Assembly: GCA_963768305.1 (NCBI GenBank) | Contig: CAVYHE010000008.1 | Location: 32,001 to 96,000 of the forward strand | Length of the DNA stretch: 64,000 nucleotides | Source of the DNA: an uncultured bacterium | GTDB lineage: Bacteria; Margulisbacteria; WOR-1; CAVSGV01 | Direction of reading: 5' to 3' | Program-made: the position numbers and the translations under genes | The notes under the pieces: generated by a model | The model's database searches: none | Told to the model about the DNA's origin: nothing | The model's input: only the letters and a program-made list of their open reading frames with translations | Part shown: positions 12,225 through 23,073 of the stretch, in pieces | Position numbering within the stretch: position 1 is the stretch's first letter | How the letters are laid out: every line of letters starts with the position of its first letter

Positions 12225-13927
12225 TTTTTCTCCTCGTTCCTTATATCGACCAGGTTCAGCTGGGCCGACCCGTAGCCGTTGTACTCGTTTACCTCTAAAT
12301 TATAAGCCAGATCGTAGCTTTCGCCCAGCCGTAATTTATCCGCAAGCTCGCCCATGGAAAACCCGATGGAATCAAGGACAACACTGCCATCCGTGAACCT
12401 TGTCTTTAAATGCGAGCCGTCCCCCACCCTTCTCATGTCGATAAGTTTCAGCCCGAGGCTCGCAAAAACAGGAGTCGGGTTTTCTTCGCCGTATGGGTTC
12501 AAAAGTTCAAGTTCTGACGCAAGTCCCATGTTGATCTGTTTCGGGTCGAGAACGGATTCGATCTCAAGCGCCGGAGTAAGATCTTCATCGGAGATCAGGT
12601 CGTCAAATATCTTTCTGAGCCGCCTTGTAAGTTCGGGTATTTTATCTTCTGATATCTCGAATCCCGCCGCTTTCTTGTGCCCGCCGAAATCCATGAAAAG
12701 ATCCCGGCATTGGTCAAGGACGCTGAAAATATCGATCCCATCGATCGATCTTGCCGACCCTCTGCCGATGCCTTCAGCAATGCCTATCAGCACCGCGGGA
12801 CGGTAATATTTATCAACGACCTGCGAAGCGGCTATCCCTATCACTCCCGGATTCCAGGAATCCCCGCTGAGGATCACCGCTTTTTCCGGAGAATCGCCGA
12901 TACGCGCGAAAACTTCTTGCTGTATCTGGTTGCCGATGCTCTGCCTTTTTGAATTAAGCTTATTGAGTTCACCGGCTAATGTTTCGGCCCTTGCCGCGTC
13001 TTTTGTCGTGAGAAGCTCCACGCTCAAGGAAGCATGTTCAAGACGGCCGGCGGAATTAAGCCGGGGCGCGATGGTGTAATTCACGATGTTTGAAGTTATT
13101 CTTTTCTTGATGCCGGCTGATTCGATCAAACTTTTCAAGCCGACCCTGATATTGCTGTTCAAGCATTTCAATCCATAAACCGCCAGTATCCTGTTCTCTC
13201 CGATAAGAGGAACAATGTCCGCGATCGTCCCAAGCCCCGCAAGGTCGAACATGTCCATTAATTTTGAGCTGTCCGATATTCCGGCTGCCCTGTAGAGCCC
13301 CCACGCGAATTTGAACGCGACTCCGGCGCCTGACATTTCCCTGGTCTTGTGGCCGCCATCGATCAGCTTGGGATTCACGATCGCATAGGCCTTCGGCAAT
13401 TTTGACGGCGGATTATGATGGTCGGTTATGATGACTTCCATCCCCAGCGAATTGGCATATTCCACTTCAATGAGGTTGCTGATGCCGCAATCAACGGTAA
13501 TTATCAGCCGAACTCCTTCATCATATAATTTCTTTACGGCTTCATTGTTCATCCCGTACCCTTCGTTATACCTGTGAGGGATATAATATGTAGCGTCAAT
13601 GCCGAGGTCTTTCAGCGCCAGAAGAAGGATGGATGTTCCGGTAACGCCGTCCACATCGTAATCGCCGTACACCGCGACCTTCTCTTTGTCGGCTTTTGCA
13701 AGAAGGATCCTGTTCGCGGCCTTTTCCAGGTCCGGGATGTCATACGGATTTGTAAGAAAATTAAGCTTCGGTGTGATGAACGCGTCCAGCTCCGATGTCG
13801 AAGAAACGCCTCTGTTGATCAAAACCTGGGCAAGTGTTGCGGAAATATTTGAAGCTCTGGAAAGTTCGCAGGCGGTATCTTTATCCTGGGGGGTTATCAG
13901 CCATTTCCTGCTTGTAAGGGTCATCAC
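12221..13927 (-). CDS. recJ: ssDNA-specific exonuclease RecJ
   Basis: GDYDVDG, ITVDCG, TDHH, GSARS, GGH motifs. Confidence 0.96.
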   Translation of the reverse strand: MMTLTSRKWLITPQDKDTACELSRASNISATLAQVLINRGVSSTSELDAFITPKLNFLTNPYDIPDLEKAANRILLAKADKEKVAVYGDYDVDGVTGTSILLLALKDLGIDATYYIPHRYNEGYGMNNEAVKKLYDEGVRLIITVDCGISNLIEVEYANSLGMEVIITDHHNPPSKLPKAYAIVNPKLIDGGHKTREMSGAGVAFKFAWGLYRAAGISDSSKLMDMFDLAGLGTIADIVPLIGENRILAVYGLKCLNSNIRVGLKSLIESAGIKKRITSNIVNYTIAPRLNSAGRLEHASLSVELLTTKDAARAETLAGELNKLNSKRQSIGNQIQQEVFARIGDSPEKAVILSGDSWNPGVIGIAASQVVDKYYRPAVLIGIAEGIGRGSARSIDGIDIFSVLDQCRDLFMDFGGHKKAAGFEISEDKIPELTRRLRKIFDDLISDEDLTPALEIESVLDPKQINMGLASELELLNPYGEENPTPVFASLGLKLIDMRRVGDGSHLKTRFTDGSVVLDSIGFSMGELADKLRLGESYDLAYNLEVNEYNGYGSAQLNLVDIRNEEKK

Positions 13928-14355
13928 ACCGAGCGGATAAGGAACAATTTCTGGCCGTATTCAACGGCCTGGCCGTTCTCAACGAGGATCTTTGTGACCT
14001 CTCCCTTTATTTCCGACTCGATCTCGTTGAAAAGTTTCATCGCTTCTATGATGCAGACCGTCTTTCCCGGCTCCACTTTGTCCCCTATTTCAAGGTATGG
14101 CGCGGAGTCCGGGGACGGCGACCTGTAAAATGTCCCGACCATGGGAGCGGTTATCGCCAGAACGCCTTCTTCTTCCTCGTTCTTTTTTGCAGGGGCGGCA
14201 GGTCCCTGATGGTGGGGCACCGGATGTGAAGGGACGGCGTGCCCGCCTTTTTCCCTTTTGACCTCCACCCTGAAGTCGCCCTGCTGGACGGCCAGGCCGG
14301 AGATGTCGGCATCTTCCGCTATCTTTATTACTTTTTTAACTAGATCAAAGTCCAT
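13924..14355 (-). CDS. accB: Acetyl-CoA carboxylase biotin carboxyl carrier protein
   Basis: EAMKLFNEI biotinylation motif. Confidence 0.96.
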   Translation of the reverse strand: MDFDLVKKVIKIAEDADISGLAVQQGDFRVEVKREKGGHAVPSHPVPHHQGPAAPAKKNEEEEGVLAITAPMVGTFYRSPSPDSAPYLEIGDKVEPGKTVCIIEAMKLFNEIESEIKGEVTKILVENGQAVEYGQKLFLIRSV

Positions 14356-14398
14356 AATGAAGTCCTGATTTTATACTATCCCGCAAAATTAATCAACA

Positions 14399-14960
14399 TC
14401 AAACTCGCTCGATATATTTGCCTGACCTTGTGTCTACCTTTGACGGTATCGCCCTGATTTATGAACAGGGGGACCTGAACGGAAATTCCGGTCTCAAGCT
14501 TTGCCGGCTTCATCGCGCCGGAAACCGTATCGCCCTTATATCCGGGCTCAGTTTCGGTGATCTTAAGCTCGACGGAATTGGGGATGTTTATGCCGATTAT
14601 CTGGTCCTTGTAATACATGAGCGTGACCATGGATTCTTCCTTTATATAACCCGCGGCTTCGCCGACTTTTTCTTTCGGCAAGGTGAGCTGTTCAAAAGTT
14701 TCCTGGTCCATGAAGGTGAAGTCATCCTGGACGCGGTATACGTATTGCATGTTCTTGTATTCAATGTGGGCTTTTTCCACTTTTTCGCTGACTCTGAAGG
14801 AACGCTCAACGATGGACCCCGTTATCATGTTCTTCATTTTGATCTTCACGACGGCCTGCTGGGCCATCTTTATGTGCTTGTAATCGATGACCTGGAACAG
14901 ACCTCCGTCTGATTCAATTGATATCCCTGGTTTTGCTTCAGTAATTGAAATTGTGACCAT
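14399..14960 (-). CDS. efp: Elongation factor P (frameshift near the C-terminus in this read)
   Basis: PGYKGDTVSG, KPAKLETG, VPLFINQGD; efp-accB synteny. Confidence 0.92.
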
Positions 14961-15032
14961 AAAACCTGACAATCTTACAGGAAAAAAGCGGGGTATTCAA
15001 GCGCATGATTTTGAATACTCTTATAAAAAAGC

Positions 15033-16196
15033 TTATTTGGGAGCTTCCATCCCGGCTTCTTCAAATATTTTGCTTATCTCATTTTTATCCAATCCGACTT
15101 TATCCATTCCGGAATCTATCCTCTTAAGGGCTTCTGATTTATAAACCGGATCCCCGCTATCCCTGATCGTTCTCAAAGCTTCTTTTAACACTTTGATCGT
15201 CTCGTTCTTATCCTGACCGGCTTTATTCATCGCGAAAGCTATATTAATGATCGCCTCTGCTTTACAATCTATATCCGCAATTGTCCTGGCGGCTGCCAAA
15301 GCTGTTTGAAAAACCTTGTTCACTTTGTCTTTATCCGGCTCGGATTCGGACATCTTTAGAGCTATCTTCATAAATGCCCATGCTTTCCAATATGGATCTT
15401 GAACGAACTTGGCAGTTCCCAGCGCTTCGTTAAAAACTTTGTTTACCTCGTTCTTATCAAGCTTGGCTTCAGCCATATATGAAGCTATGTAACCAATGAG
15501 TGCCGCTTTCGATAGCGCATCCTCAGGGCCTAAAGTCCTGGCTGCGTCCAATGCTTTGTTGAATACTCTGCCCATTTCGTACTTATTCAGTTGGGTGTAA
15601 GTGGCCTCTGATGCCGCATCCAAAATAGCCCATGTTTTCCAGTACGGATCTTTAATGGCCACGGCTATGTCCAAAGCTTCCTTTAACGCACTGCCTATCT
15701 CGACATCATCAAGGCCAGCCTTAGCCATATTTGAAGCTATATAGTCAATGGCCTTTGCTTTACAATATAAATTTGAGATGGCCCTGGCAGTTTCAAGGGC
15801 TTCATTGAATAACTCGATCATCCTGCTCTTACCCAGCTTTGCCTTGATCATATCGGAAGTTATATCCTTGATCGCCTCAACTTCTTCATCAGGATCTTTT
15901 ATGGTCGCGACTTTTTTAAATGCCTCTTGAAAACACCCGTAAAGGACATCCCGGTCCGCTTCCGTTAATGCGAGTGGATGCTTGTCCATCGGGCTGATGC
16001 TCTCCAAGTTTTGGATATAAAATTTTGCTTCAGCTTCCACAATATTCCCATCCTTATTTATATCGGCGGCTTCTATATAGCTTTCGTCAGAATACGGATC
16101 GGAAGTTTTTTTAATGGCCCCTTTATGATTCATAAGCTTATATAGTAGCGCCTGAGCGTTACTTGAAACATTCGAGACCTGTAAACTATCGGACAT
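15033..16196 (-). CDS. Orphan protein with an EF-hand-like loop and about 43-aa helical repeats
   Basis: GGAGG RBS before ATG 16196; DINKDGNI loop; repeats of the type FNEALETARAI-DPYWKAWA. Confidence 0.8.
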   Translation of the reverse strand: MSDSLQVSNVSSNAQALLYKLMNHKGAIKKTSDPYSDESYIEAADINKDGNIVEAEAKFYIQNLESISPMDKHPLALTEADRDVLYGCFQEAFKKVATIKDPDEEVEAIKDITSDMIKAKLGKSRMIELFNEALETARAISNLYCKAKAIDYIASNMAKAGLDDVEIGSALKEALDIAVAIKDPYWKTWAILDAASEATYTQLNKYEMGRVFNKALDAARTLGPEDALSKAALIGYIASYMAEAKLDKNEVNKVFNEALGTAKFVQDPYWKAWAFMKIALKMSESEPDKDKVNKVFQTALAAARTIADIDCKAEAIINIAFAMNKAGQDKNETIKVLKEALRTIRDSGDPVYKSEALKRIDSGMDKVGLDKNEISKIFEEAGMEAPK

Positions 16197-16244
16197 TTTC
16201 TGCCTCCAATGGGACTTTTTGTGCAATTTTCACTGTATATATTA

Positions 16245-16272
16245 TTATCGACAAATCCATCCTGAAATCTCA
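16245..16272 (-). promoter_or_regulatory. Putative alternative-sigma promoter TGAGATTT-N14-CGATAA
   Basis: Same motif and spacing upstream of the orphan at 34998. Confidence 0.55.
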
Positions 16273-16323
16273 CGATTTAATGGAAATATTTGCGGTGATC
16301 CTGAGGCATTTCGAGGTTAGATC

Positions 16324-17991
16324 TTACGCCCTGCTTTCGTCTTCCACTTCGTATGTGGAATAATAATACGGGGTGAACGCCTCAAATTCGGCGCTGCAGG
16401 TGTCGACTAACTTGTAAACAGGCTTAAGCTTGCGGTCCTGCCTCATGTTATATACGGATATTTCGTCAAGCCCCAGGAGCCTGCCCAGATGAACATCCGA
16501 AAACCCCATCTGTTTCGCTTCGATAAGTAGTTTATCCGGGATATTCGCACCCCTGAACTTTAATATTTCATGTTCAAGCTCGATGATCTCTTGTATGTTC
16601 TTAAGGAACCACCTGTCGATAAACGTGAGCTTGAATATTTCATCTATAGAAAATCCCGCTTCGATCGCGTATTTTATGAAGAATATCCTCTCGGCGTTCG
16701 GCCTTTTCAATTTATCTACGATCTCCGTCCTGGTCAATTTATGCCCCTTCGGTACGGCGACTTCATCAAGCCCGAAACTTTTAATTTCAAGCGACCTCAA
16801 TCCCTTGTTTAGCGCTTCTTTGAAAGTGCGCCCTATCGACATCGTTTCGCCTACGGATTTCATGGACGGACCCAGCGTCGGGTCGGCGCCAGGGAATTTC
16901 TCGAAAGTGAACCTCGGTATCTTTACGACGCAGTAGTCGATGGTCGGCTCAAAGCACGCCGGCGTCTGCTTGGTGATGTCATTCCGTATCTCAGGGAGCG
17001 TATAGCCGACAGCGAGTTTCGCCGCGATCTTAGCAATGGGGAATCCGGTGGCCTTGGACGCGAGAGCAGATGACCTGGAAACACGCGGGTTCATTTCTAT
17101 TACGACCATCTTTCCGTCATCGGGATTCACCGCGAACTGGATATTGGAACCGCCGGTTTCAACGCCTATCTCCCTTATTATCGCTATGGACGCGTCCCTC
17201 ATTTTCTGGTATTCCACGTCCGTCAGGGTTTGGATGGGCGCGACGGTTATGCTGTCGCCGGTATGGACTCCCATCGGGTCGAAATTTTCGATAGAACAGA
17301 TTATGACGACGTTGTCAGCCTTATCCCTCATCACTTCAAGCTCGAATTCCTTCCAGCCGACAACGGATTCTTCAATAAGTATTTCGGATATTGGGCTTGA
17401 TTCGATCCCGATAGCGGCGAATTTTTTGAATTCAGCCATTGAATGGGCAACTGCCTGTCCCGTGCCCCCCAGAGTGAAACTGGGCCTTATTATCACGGGG
17501 AATCCGATCCGTTTGACCGCGCTGACGGCATCCTTTAACGTACGTGCTATCCCGCTTTGCGGGACATCCAGTCCGATCTTTTCCATCGCTTTCCTGAAAA
17601 GTAACCTGTTTTCCCCTTTTTTGATGGCTTTCGCATCCGCGCCAATCATTTCCACATTGTATTTTTTCAGGATGCCGCTGTCGTGGACGGCAATAACAGT
17701 ATTGAGAGCAGTTTGTCCGCCGAGTGTCGGTAATATCGCGTCGGGCCTTTCTTTCTTTATGACTTTTTCGATTATTTCCGGCGTGATCGGTTCAACATAT
17801 GTCCTGTCAGCAAGCTGGGGATCGGTCATAATGGTGGCGGGATTGCTGTTGATAAGAATGACCCTGTATCCTTCGGCTTTCAGCGCCCTGCACGCCTGCG
17901 TGCCGGAGTAATCAAATTCGCACGCCTGGCTTATTATTATCGGCCCCGAGCCGATAATCAGGATCGATTTGATATCTTTTCGCTTCGGCAT
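16324..17991 (-). CDS. carB: Carbamoyl-phosphate synthase large subunit, N-terminal half only
   Basis: 555 aa; [36 protein letters not shown]; ends just after YYYSTYE. Confidence 0.93.
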   Translation of the reverse strand: MPKRKDIKSILIIGSGPIIISQACEFDYSGTQACRALKAEGYRVILINSNPATIMTDPQLADRTYVEPITPEIIEKVIKKERPDAILPTLGGQTALNTVIAVHDSGILKKYNVEMIGADAKAIKKGENRLLFRKAMEKIGLDVPQSGIARTLKDAVSAVKRIGFPVIIRPSFTLGGTGQAVAHSMAEFKKFAAIGIESSPISEILIEESVVGWKEFELEVMRDKADNVVIICSIENFDPMGVHTGDSITVAPIQTLTDVEYQKMRDASIAIIREIGVETGGSNIQFAVNPDDGKMVVIEMNPRVSRSSALASKATGFPIAKIAAKLAVGYTLPEIRNDITKQTPACFEPTIDYCVVKIPRFTFEKFPGADPTLGPSMKSVGETMSIGRTFKEALNKGLRSLEIKSFGLDEVAVPKGHKLTRTEIVDKLKRPNAERIFFIKYAIEAGFSIDEIFKLTFIDRWFLKNIQEIIELEHEILKFRGANIPDKLLIEAKQMGFSDVHLGRLLGLDEISVYNMRQDRKLKPVYKLVDTCSAEFEAFTPYYYSTYEVEDESRA

Positions 17992-17992
17992 A

Positions 17993-19081
17993 TTACTTGA
18001 AATCCTTTACTGACTTGATGAATTCGTCGAACAGTCCTGATGAATCATGCGGTCCCGGAGAAGCCTCCGGATGATACTGCACGGAGAACAACGGGAATTT
18101 TTATGGCGCATGCCTTCAATGGTGTTGTCATTGAGATTTATGTGCGTGACTTCGATCTTCTTTTTATCAAGGGTCTTAATGTCAACATTGAAGTTGTGGT
18201 TCTGGACGGTTATCGCGACTTTCTTTGTCCTGACATTCTGGACAGGATGGTTCGCCCCGTGGTGGCCAAACTTCAGTTTGTACGTCTTTCCGCCAAGAGC
18301 CAGACCTAATATCTGGTGCCCGAGGCATATCCCGAACAGCGGGACTTTACCGATCAATTTCTTGACAGTATTTATCACGTACGGCACGCCTTCGGGATCG
18401 CCGGGGCCGTTAGAAATAAGCATCCCGTCGGGTTTGAGGGCTAATATTTCTTCGGCAGTCGTCTTCGCAGGGACTACTTCAACTTTGCAATTCCTTTCCG
18501 CAAGCATCCTTAATGAGTTAAATTTTATCCCGCAGTCCAGGACGACTACTTTATATTTACCTTTTTTATTCCATGAATATTTTTTCCTGCAAGTCACTTC
18601 CTTGACCATGTCGATGCCGACGATGCCCGGGGAATTTTTGGCTTTTTTGACGAGCCTTTTCAGATCGTGATCTGATGGTGGACATGACCGCTTTTTTTGA
18701 CCCGTGATCGCGCAGATGTTTTGTGAGCGCCCTGGTATCGATCCCCTCAATTGCGACAATGCCGTTATCTTTCAGGTATTGCCGAAGCGATGAACTGGCC
18801 CGCCAGTTGGATGTGACGCGGCTGCATTCTTTCATTATGAAACCCTCCACCCACGGGCGGCGTGATTCGACGTCAGCTTTATTCACGCCGTAATTGCCGA
18901 TTAGAGGGTATGTCATTGTTACCATCTGGCCTTTATATGAGGGATCGGTAAGGACTTCCTGGTAGCCGGTCATTGAGGTATTGAAAACGACTTCGCCGAA
19001 GGATTCGCCGGGTGAACCGCAAGCCAAGCCTTCGAATATCAAACCGTCTTCAAGCGCGAGAATGCATTTTGTGGTTTTCAA
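17993..19081 (-). CDS. carA: Carbamoyl-phosphate synthase small subunit (frameshifted in this read)
   Basis: [28 protein letters not shown]. Confidence 0.95.
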
Positions 19082-19139
19082 TGTCGATCAAAAAGTTATT
19101 ATGTCACAGGAATGGGCAAGCTTCAAGGATATAAAATTT

Positions 19140-19902
19140 CTATTTTTGAGACTGCATTACGATATACGGCGTGTTCAGCCCGCTTTCAAGGCCTTCATAG
19201 CGGATGAAATCGTGTGGAGAAGCAACCCTGTACCAGAAATACGTCTTTGGAACGAAAGGCGCGAAAATGCCGAGAAATCCAAGGTCCGGTATCATCTGGA
19301 TCTTGTAGCAGTCGATGGTTTTTCCGCCGACATCTACCGGTTCGACGCCCTTATTGACAAGGGTCATGTTGTAAAAAGCGGGTTCGTCCGTAAGCATGGG
19401 GAATACAAAGTCGGCTTTTCCTGTCGAACGGATAGCTCATCAGCGCCAGGCCCAAGCCGTTCTTGTCCAGTATGCCGTCCTTAAAGTCGAATTCCTTTTT
19501 ATCGTTCAACAGCTTCGAATAGATCTTTCTTGCCGCCTGATCATAGGTGTTCTCCATCGAAAATGTAACAACGCCGTCCTTGTTTTTGAACTCAAGGATC
19601 GAATTTTGAGGAACAATCGTTTCATTGTCAAAAAGATATACCGTTTCCTCGTGCCAGGTAAGGTATTTCTTGTCATTGCCGTACTGCCCTTCCCCATCTT
19701 CGATTATTTTAAGATACTTATGACCATTTAAACTATAGGCGACATCTGAATTCTTGCTGTGCCAGACATATTTCCCGCTGTCCTTTTCGTAGGTCTTTAT
19801 TTCAGCCGGCTTTTCGTTGATCGCAGTTATCCTGAATATTTCGGAATAAGCCGCGGATAAAAAGATCGAGCAGAAGAACAATATGAGGAATGTTTTTTTC
19901 AT
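19140..19902 (-). CDS. Secreted hypothetical protein (two overlapping ORFs, probably one frameshifted gene)
   Basis: N-terminal signal peptide MKKTFLILFFCSIFLSAAYS. Confidence 0.65.
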
Positions 19903-20322
19903 TTAATTCGTCGGTGCGTCAAAGTCCGGCGGGAACATTCCTTCAAGCTCTATGAAACTGTCGGCAAAATCTTCGGGAGAAAGCATGGGCTTTTCGGATA
20001 TGTCGGGGACAAGCTTTATCGTCCTGTCATCGTTTACAAGTTCGAACAAGGTGTTGTCGGCGTCCTTTATCTTCTTTAGCTTGAGATAACTGAAGCTTCC
20101 GACATTGATGTATATGCGGCCGCCCAGGAACAAAGTGGGCTCCTCGGAATTAGAGCAAACCCTCATCACATAACCCTTTCCCTTGCTCTCAACTTTTCCG
20201 TTTACTATTTCGAAGTATGAGACTTTTCCGAGGTCGCGGACGAGCATAAGCATGTCTTTCTTATTGTAGACGATACCGTTATTGACGATGAACTGCATTT
20301 TCATCAATTTGTCTTTTCGCAT
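19903..20322 (-). CDS. Conserved hypothetical protein
   Basis: 139-aa ORF; TATAAT 6 nt before the ATG. Confidence 0.75.
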   Translation of the reverse strand: MRKDKLMKMQFIVNNGIVYNKKDMLMLVRDLGKVSYFEIVNGKVESKGKGYVMRVCSNSEEPTLFLGGRIYINVGSFSYLKLKKIKDADNTLFELVNDDRTIKLVPDISEKPMLSPEDFADSFIELEGMFPPDFDAPTN

Positions 20323-20352
20323 AAGAAGATTATAACAAAGAGGCGGGGGTTT

Positions 20353-21121
20353 TCAACCGATTAATTCTTTGATCTTTTCTTTTATGTTCCCGCTCTTGAG
20401 GATAGCCTCGCCGATAAGGACTGCGTTCACGCCTGCGCTCTTGAAAAGGTCGATATCTTCCCTGGTCTTTATCCCGCTTTCCGAAACGATGATCTTATTC
20501 TTCAGGTCCGGAACTTCATTGATGATCTTGAGCGTTGTTTTTAGATCGACCTTAAGCGAGTCGAGGTCCCTGTTGTTTATCCCGATGATCTCTGCCCCCG
20601 CCTCGATTGCCAGCACAGCTTCTTTCGCCGAATGGACTTCGACAAGAGCATCCATCCCTAGGTTCCCCGTGATCCTTATAAGATCTTCAAGCTGTCCCCC
20701 GTCCAAAATCCTGACGATCAAAAGTACAGCGTCCGCTCCGGCTAGACGGGATTCGTATATCTGGGACGCGTCGATGATGAAATCTTTTCGCAATACCGGG
20801 AGTTTGACAGCAGCTTTGACATTTTCGATATCATTGATGCTGCCGTGAAAATATTTCGCGTCTGTCAGAACAGATACTGCCGATGCGCCGGCATTTTCGA
20901 AAGATCTAGCGTTCATTTTCGCCGAATATTTCCTGGATATGATTCCGGCTGACGGGGACGCCGCCTTTGTTTCAGCTATCAGTTTTATGTCCCGCCCGGT
21001 CAAAGCTTTTTTGAATCTGCGGACTTTCTCGAGCTTAAAGGGTTTAAGAGGGAGTTTGTAACTTTTCCTTCAACAGCTCGATCTCTTTTTGCTTCGTTAT
21101 TATTATCTTATCAAGGATCAT
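20353..21121 (-). CDS. trpC: Indole-3-glycerol phosphate synthase (frameshifted near the N-terminus)
   Basis: IAETKAASPSAG, LRKDFIID, GINNRDL, SESGI. Confidence 0.93.
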
Positions 21122-21801
21122 TTCTTATGCTCCCTTATGTTGGGCTTGTGCGAATACGTCGGCGCCAGCGCGATATGATCCTCAATTTCATTTTTTTTCA
21201 GTTTTCCCAATCCTATCCTCGCGACATTCACCGCCCACGGCACGACGTTTTTTTCTTCAGCAAAGAGGATATTATCATTTTTAATGATATTTTTAAGCTC
21301 TTTGTCGGCAGCAAGTATCATTTTCCCTTTGACTTTGGATATAACTTCAGCGATTTTATTCATCTTAACAGTGATGTCCGCCGTCATACGCTTAAGCTCC
21401 CCTTTTTTTGATCCCCACAATGAGAAATTATAGTCATCTTTGCAGGCATTCACTGCGACAGCTATTGTTCCATTAAAATCGATAAGATTAAAGGCTATCG
21501 CTTCCAGGGTTGAAACGGATATTATCGGGACCTTCAATGCTTCCACAAGGCCTTTCGCCGCGGCAAGCCCTCCGCGAAGCCCGGAATAAGAGCCAGGCCC
21601 GGTCGTTACTGCAATGGCATCGATATCTTTAATGGTTAATTTTACTTTTCCGAGGACTTCATGGATAAGGATTATCAATTTCTCTGACCGGACGGCCTTT
21701 GAAGAAAATGAGCATTCGGCAAGTATCCCGCCGTCCGACGCGATCCCCGCGCCGGAAATACCGGCCGCGCTGGTTATTCCCAGGACTATTTCGTCTCTCA
21801 T
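21118..21801 (-). CDS. tsaB: t6A biosynthesis protein TsaB
   Basis: IAVTTGPGSYSGLRGG motif; adjacent to tsaE. Confidence 0.9.
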   Translation of the reverse strand: MRDEIVLGITSAAGISGAGIASDGGILAECSFSSKAVRSEKLIILIHEVLGKVKLTIKDIDAIAVTTGPGSYSGLRGGLAAAKGLVEALKVPIISVSTLEAIAFNLIDFNGTIAVAVNACKDDYNFSLWGSKKGELKRMTADITVKMNKIAEVISKVKGKMILAADKELKNIIKNDNILFAEEKNVVPWAVNVARIGLGKLKKNEIEDHIALAPTYSHKPNIREHKK

Positions 21802-21817
21802 CTCCCATCTCCCATCT

Positions 21818-22227
21818 CTAACCCTTTGATATCGATCTTCCGTTCATTCTCGGAAACTATGTCAATATTGATCTCAATCGTTCTTTCCGGAAGCAACGGC
21901 CTGATCTTCTCCGCCCATTCTATCACCGTGGCCCCGCCTTTTTCAAAATACTCCTCGATCTCAATTCAAGCGCTTCTTCCATCCTGTTTATGCGGTAAAG
22001 GTCTACATGATAAAGATTTATCTGTACCTTTGAATTCGTTGATGATGGTGAATGTGGGGCTTGTGACCCAGTCCTTTATTCCCAGACCTTTGGCGATGCC
22101 CTGAACCAATGTGGTCTTTCCCGCCCCGAGACTCCCGCTTAAGCGCGACTATGTCGCCGGGCTTGAGGCACCTTCCTATGCGCTCGCCCAGGCGGACAGT
22201 TTCAGCTCGGCTGTTCGAAGCGATCAC
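21818..22227 (-). CDS. tsaE: t6A biosynthesis ATPase TsaE (frameshifted in this read)
   Basis: [23 protein letters not shown] fragments. Confidence 0.85.
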
Positions 22228-23073
22228 CAGCGCTCGTAGTCGTCAGCAACGCCTTTCTTTATGTCCTTGAATCCCGGCAGATCATCGTCATATTTGTCGC
22301 CGACATCGTTCTTTCTTTCTTCGTATATTTCGATGATCTTTTTTTCCATGACCGGATGGACGGCATTCGGCGCTATCTCCGACAGCGGCTTAAGCACAAA
22401 AAGCCGTTCGTGAAGGAGCGGATGAGGGACCTGAAGCTTATCGTCGCTGATTATCTGGTCGTCGTAAAGGAGGATGTCCAGGTCTATTGTCCTGGGCCCC
22501 CAGTCCACGTCCCGCTCCCTGCCCAGCGCGTTCTCCGTTTCTTGAAGCACTGAGAGAAGCTTGTAGGGATCCAGCGTCGTCTTTATCTCCACCGCCGCAT
22601 TCATGAACTGCGGCTGGTCGGTATTGCCCACGGGTTCCGTTTCATAATTCGAGGATTTCTTTGATGACCTTTATGCCTGGCGTTTTTGAAAGAAGGAATA
22701 TCGCCTGTTCTATGTATTCTTCCCTGTCGCCGACATTCGAGCCGAGCCCGATGAACACTGTATGAGGGCCTTTCTTGAGCTTCAATTCTTTTTTTACCGG
22801 GGCCGGGACCGGTGCCGGAACAGCATTTACGACCGGTTTTTTTGCGGATATTTTAACGATCTTTTTTGCGATCTTCTTTTTTGCGGCTTTCCTCTTTTTC
22901 GCAGTGATCTTTTTCTTAGCGGGCTTCTTTGCTGCTTTTTTGGGCTGCGCCTGCCTCGACTTGCGCCCGGCAAGGCGGGCCTTTTTCGCCGGTCTTTTCT
23001 TTTTCATGGCTTTTCTCCTCCCCCTCAGCACCTTATCCGTCAATTTTCTGAATAAATTCACCATCATCATCAT
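22224..23073 (-). CDS. folK: HPPK (FolK) with a Lys/Ala-rich N-terminal extension (frameshifted)
   Basis: FIGLGSNVGDR; WGPRTIDLDIL; PHPLLHERLFVL. Confidence 0.9.
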
